Source: Ruditapes philippinarum
Lineage: Eukaryota
Direction of reading: 5' to 3'
Length of the DNA: 64,000 nucleotides
Assembly: GCF_026571515.1 (NCBI RefSeq)
Contig: NW_026859550.1
Location: forward strand, 1 to 64,000
In this document: positions 36,486 through 49,200 of the stretch, piece by piece
Position numbering within the stretch: position 1 is the first letter of the stretch
Layout: each line of letters opens with the position of its first letter
The notes under the pieces: generated by a model
Databases searched by the model: none
The model's input: only the letters and a program-made list of their open reading frames with translations
Told to the model about the DNA's origin: nothing
Program-made: the position numbers and the translations under genes

Positions 36486-37349
36486 GATACTGATATGGAA
36501 GTTAACCAATCAATAAATATGCAATTTAAGTTAACAAAGTGCAGTGATATTTAAGTAAATCATGATAATGAGTCACTAGGGATTAGCACTTATTGAAACG
36601 TTTGATCCCAAAGAAAATTTATAAAAATAGTAATGGAGAGTATGAATCTCGGAATAAAATCAATAAGCTTAATGCAAGGGAGAAATTTTTTTAAGTTAAA
36701 ATTATTTATTTACAACATTTAGTTTAATGTATTTTCAAACTGAAATAGATTGGGTATTATTGTATGATTATGCTCCAGCTTTTTGCAAAGCTGGCCCCTC
36801 AATCCCTGAATATTTACAGTTTTCTGTCAGGTATAAGTTAGGTAATTTAGCATCTGAATGTCCCTGACAGGGCAGGTAATTGGCCAGCGGCTTGTTGGTA
36901 GGCCTTCTGTTCTGCTTGGGTGGAAGTAAGGGTAACAAATATTTGTACGCAATCAAATAAGACTGCAATGTTTGTCATGCCATGCATAATTATTAAAGAT
37001 AATTATTAATCTCTAGACCTTAAAGTAATGATATTAATCAAAAAATATTTTCTTTTCCCGTTTATCCAATAGTGTAATATACAAATTTTATCTTGACTGT
37101 CAATGTGTTGTAATAGATTTGTGTTAAACTATTAAAATGTTTCATTACTGAACAATGTTAGGTACTCTAGGTATGTGATGTAATGTTAAAACACAGCATG
37201 TATTTGTGCACTCTTGGCTGATTTATTTCCTCAATAAACTGTCAAATGAAATAACATGTACCATGTACAATGTTCAGCATGACATATCAATTCATGATGA
37301 TATGTTTAAAGCAGTATGGTCGCAGCAGTGTGCATAATTATTTAGATAT

Positions 37350-37692
37350 TTACTCCAATGAATTTATGTAATGGATTTGACCGGTTTGTGATTTAGACTG
37401 GTCCATTCAAAGATTTAAGAGATTTCAGTATTAAAAAACAAAATTTTAGCTAGCAACAGTAGAGTTTGTGGTCGAACTCGGTGTCGTAAATAGGTATGAC
37501 AGGTCATAAAAAAATCAGGCTACTACAAAATCGCTTTGAAGTTTGTTTACGGCAAAATCGCTCATCCGAAGGTGACTTCTTCGCCCTAGTTGCCCCCTAG
37601 CTCAAGCCCTGGGACTGCATAGATGTCCAGGCTGGCCTGACTGTAAAGTGGCTGAGCTGGATCATTTTCGGTTCCAGCAGGTTAAGGGTTAA
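37350..37692 (+). mobile_element. TTAA-ended MITE interrupted by a solo hAT-like right end
   Basis: MITE body AATGGATTTGACC...TTTAAGAGATTTCAG and terminus CAGCAGGTTAAGGGTTAA. The insert ending at 37611 (GGTGACTTCTTCGCCCTAGTTGCCCCCTAGCTCAAGCCCTG) resembles the right end of the 2153-3755 element. Confidence 0.55.
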
Positions 37693-37826
37693 CTAAAAAT
37701 GAATAGTTTTTGTTCTTTATGTAATTCTTTATGTGTAACTGCTGAGTGTGAAAAATAGAATTTATCTTGTATGTTCAGTAACAATTATGGAAGTTTAAAG
37801 CGGTTAAGTTTGTTTATATGTACTTA

Positions 37827-37965
37827 TTCTTGTACCTGTAACCTCTGATTACTATTCCAACGCGTGAGCCACTCTGCCTAGCCACCACATTCTTGCACCT
37901 GTAACCTTGGATTACTAGTCCGATATGTTTACCACTCGGCCATGCTGCCACTTTCTTGCACCTGT
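37827..37965 (-). repeat. Tandem 63-bp repeat of truncated tRNA-like (Thr-AGT-like) heads
   Basis: Two full units (37827-37889, 37890-37952) plus a partial third. Reverse complement of unit 2: GGCAGCATGGCCGAGTGGTAAACATATCGGA-CTAGTAA-TCCAAGGTTACAGGTGCAAGA. Confidence 0.6.
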
Positions 37966-40133
37966 TACAGGTTGAATATGATTAGAACTTCATTCGATGA
38001 AACTTTTGCTATGTGTAACTGACAGTTTTACACTTGTATGAACTATGTTGTAAGCCATGTTTCATGCCGCATTTCGAAACTTGATTGTTTAAATAAGATT
38101 GTGTGGAGAAGGACATTAATTGTTTTAATGATAATTTACCTGGAGATGTTGTGACATCGTGCGGAATATTTGAGGCGCTTTTATTGATTACTTTCGGTCC
38201 CTTTTGATTTATGATATTAAACAGCATTGATTAATGTGATACTGTGCTAAATTACTTGTGAAACATGTCTTTTTCACATTAATATTGGATTTACCTGGGA
38301 TATTTAACACTCGGAATTATCTGGAATTAAATGCATCAGTAGATGCATCAGGAGAAAATATCTTTCTTTTTTTCATGTGAACAAATAATCAAGAAATTTT
38401 ATGTTAAAGAAAAAAAAGGAGTTGTAATATGATTTGATTGAAAATAATATTAAAAAAAAGCACCATATGTTTTGTTATCGCAAGTAACTTGGTCCATTTC
38501 CCGGAGGCTTTTTACAAGAAGTACATGTACATGCATTTATCAGTTGGAGCAAACAATTAACCTTTAATTACTTGACCTCTTTGACTGACCTTTGACATCC
38601 TTTTACTTAATGCATCGTTAATTTTTTATATTCTTTACGAGATTTGTTGTTCTGGTAAAGAATTTCTTTGAATTTGAAAACTAGATTTTTTTTTGATTTT
38701 TTTTTTGCATATCTGAAGGCTTGGTTATTATTATAGACAAAATGAAATTAATATGATCAGATGGGTGGAATACCTAGATCATTAAATTTATATTATAGTA
38801 ATAGTAGACAAATTGTAATAAGATATTAACAGCTGTATATGGTAACAATCTGTTGGAGGAAATATCAGATCTATGAGTTATCACGTTACACAGGCTTGGA
38901 GCACATATATAGATGTATTGTAAAACTAGGTAAATTTGTAAGAGTATTATTTTAAGCCTGTGCAATTGCTTGGAAAATTGTCATCGACTTAAGAATTATA
39001 CATCCAGTAAATAAAAGGCACCTGTTTCAGTTGTAGGTTTTATTGCGGTTTGACTGCAAGACTGTTATAAGTCCTTCTTTATTTCATATAAGTTACTGCA
39101 GTTTTGCAGTCAACCCTAGTTATATTGTTGAGCAATATTGTCTTAAGTTTGAAAAATCTTGGAATCTGTCAAGTCCCTAAGTGTTTAGCCATCTTAAGTT
39201 TAAGTAAAATAGGCTATTATTATTTTTATTGATACCTTCAACAGGTTCACAAGTTCAAGAGATTTGAGTTAAACTGTATTTACAATCCATTTTGTAAAAA
39301 GAGTAAATAACAATCTCTACGGAGTGACACACTTTTTGAGATATAATTTTCTATTTTTGCTGAGAGGTATGACTTTTGAGAGGTTTAATTCATGTTTTTT
39401 GTCATTTTAGAGATTAAATATAATTATTGGCTTTTGAGAGGTTAAAAGAAGTGTTATTTTGGAAAAAATTGTTATTGTTGTTGTGAGAGGTAATTGCTTC
39501 GCAGAGGGTCGCTTTTTTGAGGTTGAACTGTATTTTGATTATTTTCACTGGTATTTGAGATATGTGTTGCTATACAATTTTTATGACATTTGATCAGAGA
39601 ATACTGTACAAGTTTTTTGTACCATTAACTAATCAATTAGGTATCAATAAATGGATAGTGTGTGATTGTTGCCATGGAATACTAGTGTAAGTTGTGAAAT
39701 AAATAATTAACATATACTGATCTAATGTAAAGTGATAGTACATGTATAGCTGTTTGCCAATACGTTACACTGTGTTTTATATATGTTGCTAAGCGATGAA
39801 AGTGTATACCAGATAATACCTTTAATGGTTCCAAGAATGGAAAAATTACTGATAAAAGCAGATTTTTTTATTCTACCTTCATCTTTTTCTTTTTTTTTTC
39901 AACGTTTAATTTTGCTCTGATGTGTGCTAAATAGTGTCTGTGTGCGACTGATGAAGAGGGATTTGAGGATTTAAAAATGAATTAAATAAGAATGAAATTT
40001 AGTTTTGAAATAGTTTTTGGACAAGTGATACAAATATATATGATTCTTTAAGAAGTGAAAAAATATGGAAAAATTGTGTTCGAGCACACTGGATAATAGT
40101 GGAACACATCAATTGTAAAGCTGATATTTAGCA

Positions 40134-40253
40134 ATGAAGAATGTGTGCAGCACGAAGGTCAGGGAAAAATGTCGATCCGTAACGAAACCTCCAGAGCCCA
40201 AGCTTTTCACGTTTGTCAATGCCCATGTTGCTGCTGTTCTGAAAAAACAAAGA
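40134..40253 (+). CDS. Candidate alternative first coding exon of afadin (MKNVCSTKVREKCRSVTKPPEPKLFTFVNAHVAAVLKKQR)
   Basis: ATG in GCAATGA context, exactly 40 open codons, AGA|gtatgg phase-0 donor compatible with exon 17, locally GC/CpG-richer than the flanking intron. Confidence 0.45.
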
Positions 40254-40602
40254 GTATGGTTAATTTATTATTAAAATTTTCATGCAGGCATTGATTAGTG
40301 AAAAAATTATTAATTTTAAATGCTGTTCATTATGCAAGATATGTTGTAAGAGATTAAAGCCCTATTTTTCATGAGTAAGTTTTTTTATACCTTCACAAAT
40401 AATACAATTTTCATAAATAACTACATTAATTCAACAGTAATATATAAAATGGCATCATTGACTTAAGCTATAGAAATAACACCAAAATAAATTTTTCAAA
40501 TGAGATTTTTTAATATTATTATTTTATACTATTATCTAGTGACTTTTATAAGTTAAGATAATTTATTAGTATTAACTAGACTTTCTCTTTATGAATAATA
40601 TA

Positions 40603-41903
40603 TTTATACCCCCGCACAACAAAGTTGTAAGGGGGGTATACTGGAATCAGCTTGTCCGTCCGTCCGGCCGTCGGTTTTTTCTTGTCCGCCCAATAACTTA
40701 AGATTCCTTTGACCCTTAGTCTTCATATTTGGCATGGAGGTTAGTCATGATTAGTAGATGACCCCTATTGATTTTGAGGTCACTAGGTCAAAGGTCAAGG
40801 TCACAGGGGTCTTGACTTCAAAAAGCTTGTCCGCCCAATAACTTAAGATTCCTTTAACTTACAGTTTTCATATTTGGCATGCAGGTTAGTCATGATTAGT
40901 AGATGACCCCTATTGATTTTGAGGTCACTAGGTCAAAGGTCAAGGTCACAGGGGTCTTGACTTTAAAAAGCTTGTCCACCCAATAACTTAAGATTCCTAT
41001 GACCCATAGTCTTCATATTTGGCATGGAGGTTAGTCCTGATTAGTAGATGACCCCTATTGACTTTGAGGTCACCAGGTCAAAGGTCAAGGTCACAGGGGC
41101 CTTGACTTCAAAAAGCTTGTCCGCCCAATAACTTAAGATTCCTTTGACCCACAGTCTTCATATTTGGCATAAATGTTGATCATGATAAGTAGATGACCCC
41201 TATAGACTTTGAGGTCACCAGGTCAAAGGTCAAGGTCACAGGGGCCTTGACTTCAAAAAGCTTGTCCGCCCAATAACTTAAGATTCCTTTGACCCACAGT
41301 CTTCATATTTGGTATGCAGGTTAGTCATGATTAGTAGATGACCCCTATTGACTTTGAGGTCACCAGGTCAAGGTCACAGGGGCCTTGACTTCAAAAAGCT
41401 TGTCTGCCCAATAACTTAAGATTCCTTTGACCCACTGTCTTCATATTTGGCATGGAGGTTAGTCATGATTAGTAGATGACCCCTTTTGATTTTGAGGTCA
41501 CTGGATCAAAGGTCAAGGTCATAGGGACTTTGACTTCAAAAAGTATGTCCACCCATTAACTTAAGATTCCTTTGACCAACAGTCTTCATATTTGGCATGG
41601 ATGTTGATCATGACAATAAGGTGACCCCTATTTATTTTGAGGTCACTGGGTCAAAGGTCAAGGTCACCGGGACCTTGACAAAAAAAAGCTTTTCTTCTCA
41701 ATTGCTAAAGAATGTCCTGTCCGCAATGTATTGATTTTGACATTTTCACATTTGAAGCATGTAGAATACATAACTTAGCAATGTACTGGCTTAGTAACCT
41801 CAGATTTGGCAGGGAGGTTGTCCTTGAGCTCTAAATGGCCACTGTTGATTCTGACAAAGTGGTATGCGGGGGTATTCACGCCATGATAGTGGCAGTTCTA
41901 GTT
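40603..41903 (+). mobile_element. HINE with 7 x 145-bp satellite units
   Basis: 5' TTTATACCCCCGCA...GGGGGGTATA hairpin; (GTCC)n; units start at 40681, 40826, 40971, 41116, 41261, 41399, 41544; 3' IR TGCGGGGGTAT, hairpin GCCA..TGGC and CTAGTT end. Confidence 0.85.
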
Positions 41904-42299
41904 GTGTTTGCTTACAAGTAAAATTCTGTTTTAAAAATTCATATTTCAGAAACAAATTCATATTTCAGAAAATAGCATTCCTTTGAAACCTTTAATTGTT
42001 TGTTTATTTTTTAAAATTCAGAAGGTTCCTACTTAGATTTGAAGCCCTTGATATTTCCCAGAAAGTCTGCATTTTATGACAAATGTTTCAGTTAATAGGT
42101 TCTACATTAATATACTATTACATAGAGATACAAAACCGTGATCTTTGTTTTTCTTTTGCACACAGAAGATAAGTTCTTTGTTTTACAATATTACAAAAAC
42201 CTTAAGGAGGAAGAAATGTTTTATTTCTTTATGTCATATTAGTTACAACTTTTTTGCACTAAAGTTCTTGATAAACTCTGCATTTCATAGTGATTAAAT

Positions 42300-43310
42300 C
42301 CAAAGACCAAAAGCTCTAAATTTAAAAATGAGACACAGGCCATGAGCTCCAAGGTTCACAAAAACCAAGCTCTACATTTTACAGTGACTCATAGGTCATG
42401 AGCTCCAAGGTTTACAATGACAGACACAAAGACCAAAAGCTCTACATTTTAACAATGACTCATAGGCCATAAGCTTCAAGGTTTAAACTGACACAAAGAC
42501 CAAAAGCTCTATATTTTACGGTGACTCATAGGCCATAAGGTCGAAGGTTTAAACTGACACAAAGACCAAAAGCTCTATATTTTATTATGATTGGCCATGA
42601 GCTCCAAGGTTTACAAAAACACAAAGACCAAAAGCTTTGTGTTTTACAGTGACTCATAGGCCATGAGCTCCAAGGTTTACAATGACACATAGACCAAAAG
42701 CTCTACATTTTACAATGGTTTACAGGCCATGAGCTTCAAAGTTTACAAAATCTCTACATTTACAATGATACATAGACCAGAAGCTCTTTATTTTGAATTG
42801 GCACACAGACTATAAGCTCAACATTTACAATGATACAAAGACCAAAAGCTCTTTATTTTGAATTGGCACTCAGACCATTAGCTCTACAATTACAATGATA
42901 CAAAGAACAAAAGCTCTTTATTTTGAATTGGCACACAGACCATTAGCTCTACATTTACAATGATACATAGACCAGAAGTTTCTTATTTGGCACACAGACC
43001 ATAAGCTCAACATTTACAATGATACAAAGACCAGAAGCTCTTTATTTTTAATTGGCACACAGACCATAACCTCTACATTTACAGTGATACAAAGACCAAA
43101 AACTCTAAACAGACCATGAGCTCTACATTTTTCAATGATACATTAAAGTCTGAATATGTGGAGCTAGTCAAAATAAAATAATACAAAGATCATAAGCTCT
43201 ATTTTACAAAGACACAAACACCATTAGCTCTATTTCACAAGAACTCAAACAACACACCACCCATTAGCTCTATTTTACTGGAACACAAAGACTATAAGCT
43301 TACCATAAAT
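42300..43310. repeat. Complex minisatellite, about 31-bp monomer in dimeric higher-order units
   Basis: ACACAAAGACCAAAAGCTCTACATTTTACAATG-like monomers. One more monomer appears after the SINE, at about 43531-43560. Confidence 0.85.
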
Positions 43311-43319
43311 ACTAAAATA

Positions 43320-43528
43320 GGGGCGTCCATGGCTGAATGGTTAAGGTAATTTACTTCAAACCACTTGGCCCTCAATGCAATAGGTTTGAATCCTGCCAGG
43401 GACTTTTGATTTTGTTATACTTGTGCCTGACATAATGCATGGAGGGGTTATCCTCCACCAGAAAAGCAGGGAAAATGCCATATGACAATAACAGTGCTGG
43501 TTGGTCTTGTAACATAAAACATACAAAA
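43320..43528 (+). mobile_element. Family A SINE (internally deleted) inserted in the minisatellite
   Basis: TGGCTGAATGGTTAAGG A box, GGTTTGAATCC B box, TGCCTGACATAATGCATGGAGGGG..TCCTCCACCA, GCCATATGAC tail. Confidence 0.75.
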
Positions 43529-44343
43529 TTACACAAACACCATAAGCTCTATTTTACAGTCTGCACATCTCGTATAACTGTGCCATACAGCATACAGATT
43601 TAAGTTGGTGACCAAATACACACCTTGTTTTTTTTATTCCATGTGTGTACATTACTATAATTCAGACACTCTCAAATTCAGTTGGATATTGTCCCCAAAT
43701 TTCTAATTTCTAGAATATAACTAGGATATTTATCTAAGATTCTAATTGCAAAAATACTATATAATTTGGATATTACCCCAAAATCTAATTGCTATAATAT
43801 AATTTTGATATTGCCTTGCTATAATATAATTTGGATATTACCTAGGTGGTATACAAAGAGTCTATAAAATTAATGGAGAAATGCTTTAATGGAGAAATGC
43901 TTTAATTTAAAGCTCATGATATATGTTGATGTAATTTAAGGATATTGATATATGATTTTATAATTATCTTTTCTACATTCATTAATGCTGCGATATTAAT
44001 TTGGAAACTCCTGAGGAGCTCGGGAAATTAATTTCAAATTGGCGGTGTTGTTATGGTAACACTTACAAGAACCCAATACTGCAGATGATACCTCTAAACT
44101 TCCATGTTAAATATCAGAAGCTATTTGAGCAATCAATACATTGAGGTGGTAGCTTCCATTTAAGGAAAGATAAGAGTGTTTCTTACTAATAAGGCTTATT
44201 TGATGAAATAATTGGGCAGTTACAGCAGTCGTTATGTGATGGAAAGTCTTGTAGTTTTGGATTTTATATATAAGCGGTTATGTTCGTAACATACGATGTT
44301 TTATACACTGGTACGAAGCTTCATAAACTTTCGTAAATTACAG

Positions 44344-44526
44344 GAATCGATACGTGATCGGAAAGATCGAATTGCGGATCCACGGCAGCAGGCGCAGCAG
44401 CAAGTGGCGCAACAGCAGCAACCACCTCAGGGTCCATCATCGCCAGTTTCAAAAGAGCCGGAAGTCATTGTGGTCAGCTTTAACAAGGTGAAAGGCAGTA
44501 TGGGGTTGAGCATCGTTGCAGCAAAG
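44344..44526 (+). CDS. AFDN: Afadin exon 17 (Q-rich linker and PDZ start; KEPEVIVVSFNKVKGSMGLSIVAAK)
   Basis: attacag acceptor, AAG|gtgagt donor, phase 0 to 0. Confidence 0.95.
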
Positions 44527-45971
44527 GTGAGTGGTACTCTTCGATTTTTAATTAATGTATAATCTAATATTGGAGAGGGGTCAGTACTGTTAATCAGAAA
44601 TTTTATGGAAGTTTTCAAATTTCTGGTCAAGTGTACTTATATTATGTGTGAATAATTCTAGACCAATTTTAGTTTTAGAAATTAGGTTTTTTGAATAAAA
44701 AAAATTTTCTTACAAGTTTTTAAGTTAAATTTTTTCTGCAGTTTTGAAGGTGACAATGAAAATCGATTGTTATGAAGCAGATCTTTGTTTTCAATATACA
44801 TTTAAATGGTTTATTGCAATGTAATAGCATTCAGTGAATGGATTCATTTATGTAATGGAGAAATGTTTGTTAAGGGAAGTAGTTGAAACAGTTCTGTAAA
44901 TAATGGGCCAGTAAATAATGGCCAGGAAAATGTTTTTGTAATGTTTCAGTGATCAATACACTATTACTTGATGAATTACCTCTGTTTTAAGCATTTGTTC
45001 TATTCATAGGATAGGCAAAGAAGAATAGTTCTTAAGAAATCTGTAAATTTTGTTTGTTTTGTTACTTTGAAACTTGGCAGACTCATTGTATCCCATTGGG
45101 TAAATAGTTACTGCTATATGTTTAAATTTGAAGCCATTAAATGAATTTGTATGAAACTATTAAATGAAAAAGTTGTGTTAGACATTCCTCTTTATTTTAA
45201 AGATAAAGCTGCAAGTTTCTTGAGTTAAACTACTTTATGTGATTAAAAGTGTAAGTAACCTTTATAAATTTTGATGGAATCATGGCTGTGGTCAAAATTT
45301 TCCTTGTTTGATCCCTTAACCTGATGATCATCCTTTGCCATACATGCAGACTGGCTAGGCTCTATATGTAGGTAGCTCTTGTTTGTATGTATCATACAGT
45401 CTTAAATATTTAGAATGTTATCATAGATATTTGGAATGAATGGCCCTTGAATAAGCCTTAAAAATATTCTGGGGTCAGGGTCATGGTCACCAAGGCTAAA
45501 AATAGATTTTCCTACTTTTGTTGGGTGATATATATATAGGGCACCATAGCCCTCTTATTTCAATTGATAATAACTTCCTTTACTACAGAATATTTAATTA
45601 GTCAGACATGCTGTCTCCTTTGACAGCTCTTGTTATACTATCTAATTGATTAGAATAGGTATATTAAAAAATTGACATGAAATGGGGGTACCTTGTACAT
45701 TTGTACATTAGTTAGTCTTTTGTTTTGTATAGAGTGTATCATTATCTTGCATGCAATCTGCAGACATAATTAATGTAGCTCTAAGATCGCTGTCAATTTA
45801 TAATTGCACAAGTCGCACCCTAGAAAGCCAAGGCATGATTATGTACGACTACATTTAAGATTTACATTTACTTCATTTTAAGACACCTTTTGCCTCCTTT
45901 TTCTGTGATTCAATCCTCCCTATAATTCAATTCTTGCTTGTTTCTGAATTTTGGACCACAGTGGCAGTAGT

Positions 45972-46207
45972 GGCCTCTTTTGCCAAAAAGTTAACGCATC
46001 GACTTTCAAATCACTTGTCTCTATTAAAGTAGGAATTTCTGATTCTTTCATGTGAGGAAACTAGACAGGTAGCTTATGGGAGGTTGATGGTGTATCTCAG
46101 ATACTTCACTTCTTGCACAGAGAGGCAGCTAAGCTCTATATCCACTATTGAAAGCTAGAAAGTAGCCATATGACCTTGACTGTGTCAGTTTGATTCAACC
46201 CAAATAC
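45972..46207 (+). mobile_element. Degenerate family A SINE
   Basis: GATTCTTTCATGTGAGGAAAC...AGCTTATGGGAGGTTG...AAAGCTAGAAAGTAGCCATATGACC. Confidence 0.7.
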
Positions 46208-49200
46208 ATTTTCTAGGAATGTCATATTATTTTCTGCTTAAAGTTAGTGATTTACTCTTTAGCAAAAAATTGAATGTTTTCTTGATATAGAGTTTATCTT
46301 AATTTAAAAAGTTAGTTTTTTAGAGTGTCCTGTTTAACTTGAATACAAACATTAAATCAGTGCTTGCTACCGTATATGTATTGATTTGAATTACATGTGT
46401 ATGGAGGTTTTGCTTTACTTAAATTGATCTGTTTGTTTCATTTGGATAACAAGTGTATGTTTTGACTCATTTCTGGAGGAGGTTTCTTAAACAAGCCTCG
46501 GCTAGACCAAGTTAATGATTGATCTTGTGTTTTCCTTTTGCTTATATGGTGGTGTCCTTGGGTACGGCTGTACTTAAAAATTGAGTTAATTTGTAATACT
46601 TTACTTTCACTGAATTAATTGAAATTGCATGTGTCTATCAAAGTGTAAGTCAGTAGTCAAAGACAATAACATTTAGGTCAGTGGGTCATGTTTATATGTG
46701 GCACTATATAAGTAAAGTGGCACATGTTAAGATAACTATGATGTTGGCAGGGATGTTGTAGCCTCAGGGAGTACTCTGGTATTAAAATGGCAAATTCGTT
46801 ACATCAATTTGATGGAATGTTCCACCATTTGGTTTTTGAAGCTCTTTTATTATTATAAATGGTTATTGCCCTTCTTGTGCTTAGACCCAAATAAAGCAGT
46901 GATAGAAAACAAATCTACCCTATTGTGTGTTTAATTAAATAATTTGTCATGCAATAAATTTTGAAGTAGGATTTCGCCTAATTGCTTGGATGAAGCCAAA
47001 TATGATTTATTTTATAGCTAAATTATTTTGGGGCAAAAGAATACCTGTGGAACTTTCAATTTTATAGCTTAAATGAAATAATAATATTCTCGAGTAGCGT
47101 AATTATGTTTGATTGAAAAATGGAAACTTTTTATTCAGTACTGTTAATAGATCTACGAGCCTGTAGTGTACATTATAAGATATACATACATGGTTGCCAG
47201 TAGAAGTAACCGTTTTTATTGACTAGTTTACCCGTATGTCATTGATTAGCCGATACAAATTATTTATCTCACTCCGCCATTTAAATTACCGCATTTGGAA
47301 CAAACTTCAATTGTATTCAATTGTGTTCTCGGCCATTTATGGCAATTTAAACAAAAATTGAAGCAGCAATTGACTTTAATATCAAAACATTTTCTGTGTG
47401 GTTTTTCTCTTTTAAATACGTGAGAAGGTTATTTGTATGGGATTTTATAATATATGTTTTAGAATTTAATTAAATTTGTGTTTTAAGTTTTTTAAGGATC
47501 ATTTTGATTAATTTTTAGTTTTAGTTTTTTGTGGCGTATTTATTTATGGATAGGAATTGTTGAAGTTCATAGCAATTACGGTGGAGTTTAAGTGGTGGAA
47601 AGAATTTGGATAATGTGGAATAATAGTTTCTTGAGTGTCATGTCCAAGTGCATACAAATGGGGTAAAGTGCTGTTGAAAGTATCGGTTGAAGTGCTTAAC
47701 TTGATAAATGGTGTCCCGATATGGTCATTCTAGATTGCAGATCAAACAAGAGGTTTTATGATAAATAGATTTGGGATATGATGAGTATTTTAACAATTGA
47801 GAGTGTCTGGATTTATACCAATGATCATACAGTGTTTGATTGTTGAATACCTACCTTTGAATTTGAAAGTTATTTTTTTGTTTTCTGCATTTTGTCTTGA
47901 TATTGTTTTATTTGTTGTTTGTTTGTTTCAAAGTTAGCATAGTGTTTGTTTATTTGTTTGTTCTTTGTCTGGTTTTTATGCTGATAAGGGTGGTTATTTC
48001 AGGAGGTATGTAATGTGTTAAACTATATTCACTTGAATTGAGATAATATAAATGTCTTTTTAATGATTTTGAGGCATAGATGATACAGCAAATGTTTCTG
48101 TAGAGACAATTTTAATGGCACTGATGCAGACGAATTTGATGGCAGTTTAATGCAAAAAGCAAGTTTGTAACTGAACAAATGAGGTTAAAAATGGCTTTCT
48201 TGTTTCAATACTAGGTCTTGGGGGTCTAAGCAAGCTTTCTGCCAAGTGTCTTAGAAATTATAGTTACATCGAGAGACTTTATTGACATGAGTTTGCTACA
48301 GGTTTGGAATGAAAAAAAGCTATTCAAGCAATGTAAGATTTCTTATGAATCAGAGCACTGCAATAGGTGCCACAGTGGGATTTTATCCAATTATTGAAAA
48401 ATGAATGCTTTAAGTGAATGTAGTGCTATGCTTCAAAGTCTGTCTTGATAGTTCTTGTTTTCTCCTTCAGGTGGTTTGTATCGAGGGGTTGATCATGCTA
48501 TTTATAGTTATCAAAACGAGCTATTTTTATCTTCGTTAATCAGTTCGTGTTTTAATGTGAACAACTGTAGAAGCAAGCGTGTGTGTTTATCTTTACGTTT
48601 TCTTTGTTGATAAATCTTGAGCTAGCTTTACTAATCTTGTAAATTATTTAAACTGGGTTTATATAAGGATACAGTAACTTTCGGTCTCTGCTGATAAAAT
48701 TATATTTTCCATGCTGAATGTCAACACTGTTGAATTATGAACAAAAGGTGTCCTTATGCTGTCTTAAAAGTTAATGTTTACAGTTAAGTTTGATTTATTG
48801 TAATGTGTGTCAAGGGGTTAAAGATTTGTACGATTTTGATTGGATAATAATATAAATGAGAGAAAGTGCTCTTGAGCTGCCTGGAGATCGAGGCATTTTA
48901 CATGTGTGCATTGATACAATGATATAAGAAAATTACGATGGATCAAATATGTTGACAGTTTTTATCAATCTTAAATTGCACTTGACAAAAATATATATTT
49001 TCCCTGCAGAGTAAATTTTTATTCAAGTGAGTAAAACAAAAATGTGCATGCCTTATTGTCAATAATTGTCAGGTAGCAAGGTTGTTGGTTCAAGTTACCT
49101 GTGATATTCTGGCATTCAAGTCGGTCCTTAGCATTGCGCTCGTACTATAGTTGTTAATACCAAAAACACATCCTTATATACTAAGAGCTGAATTGCTACT

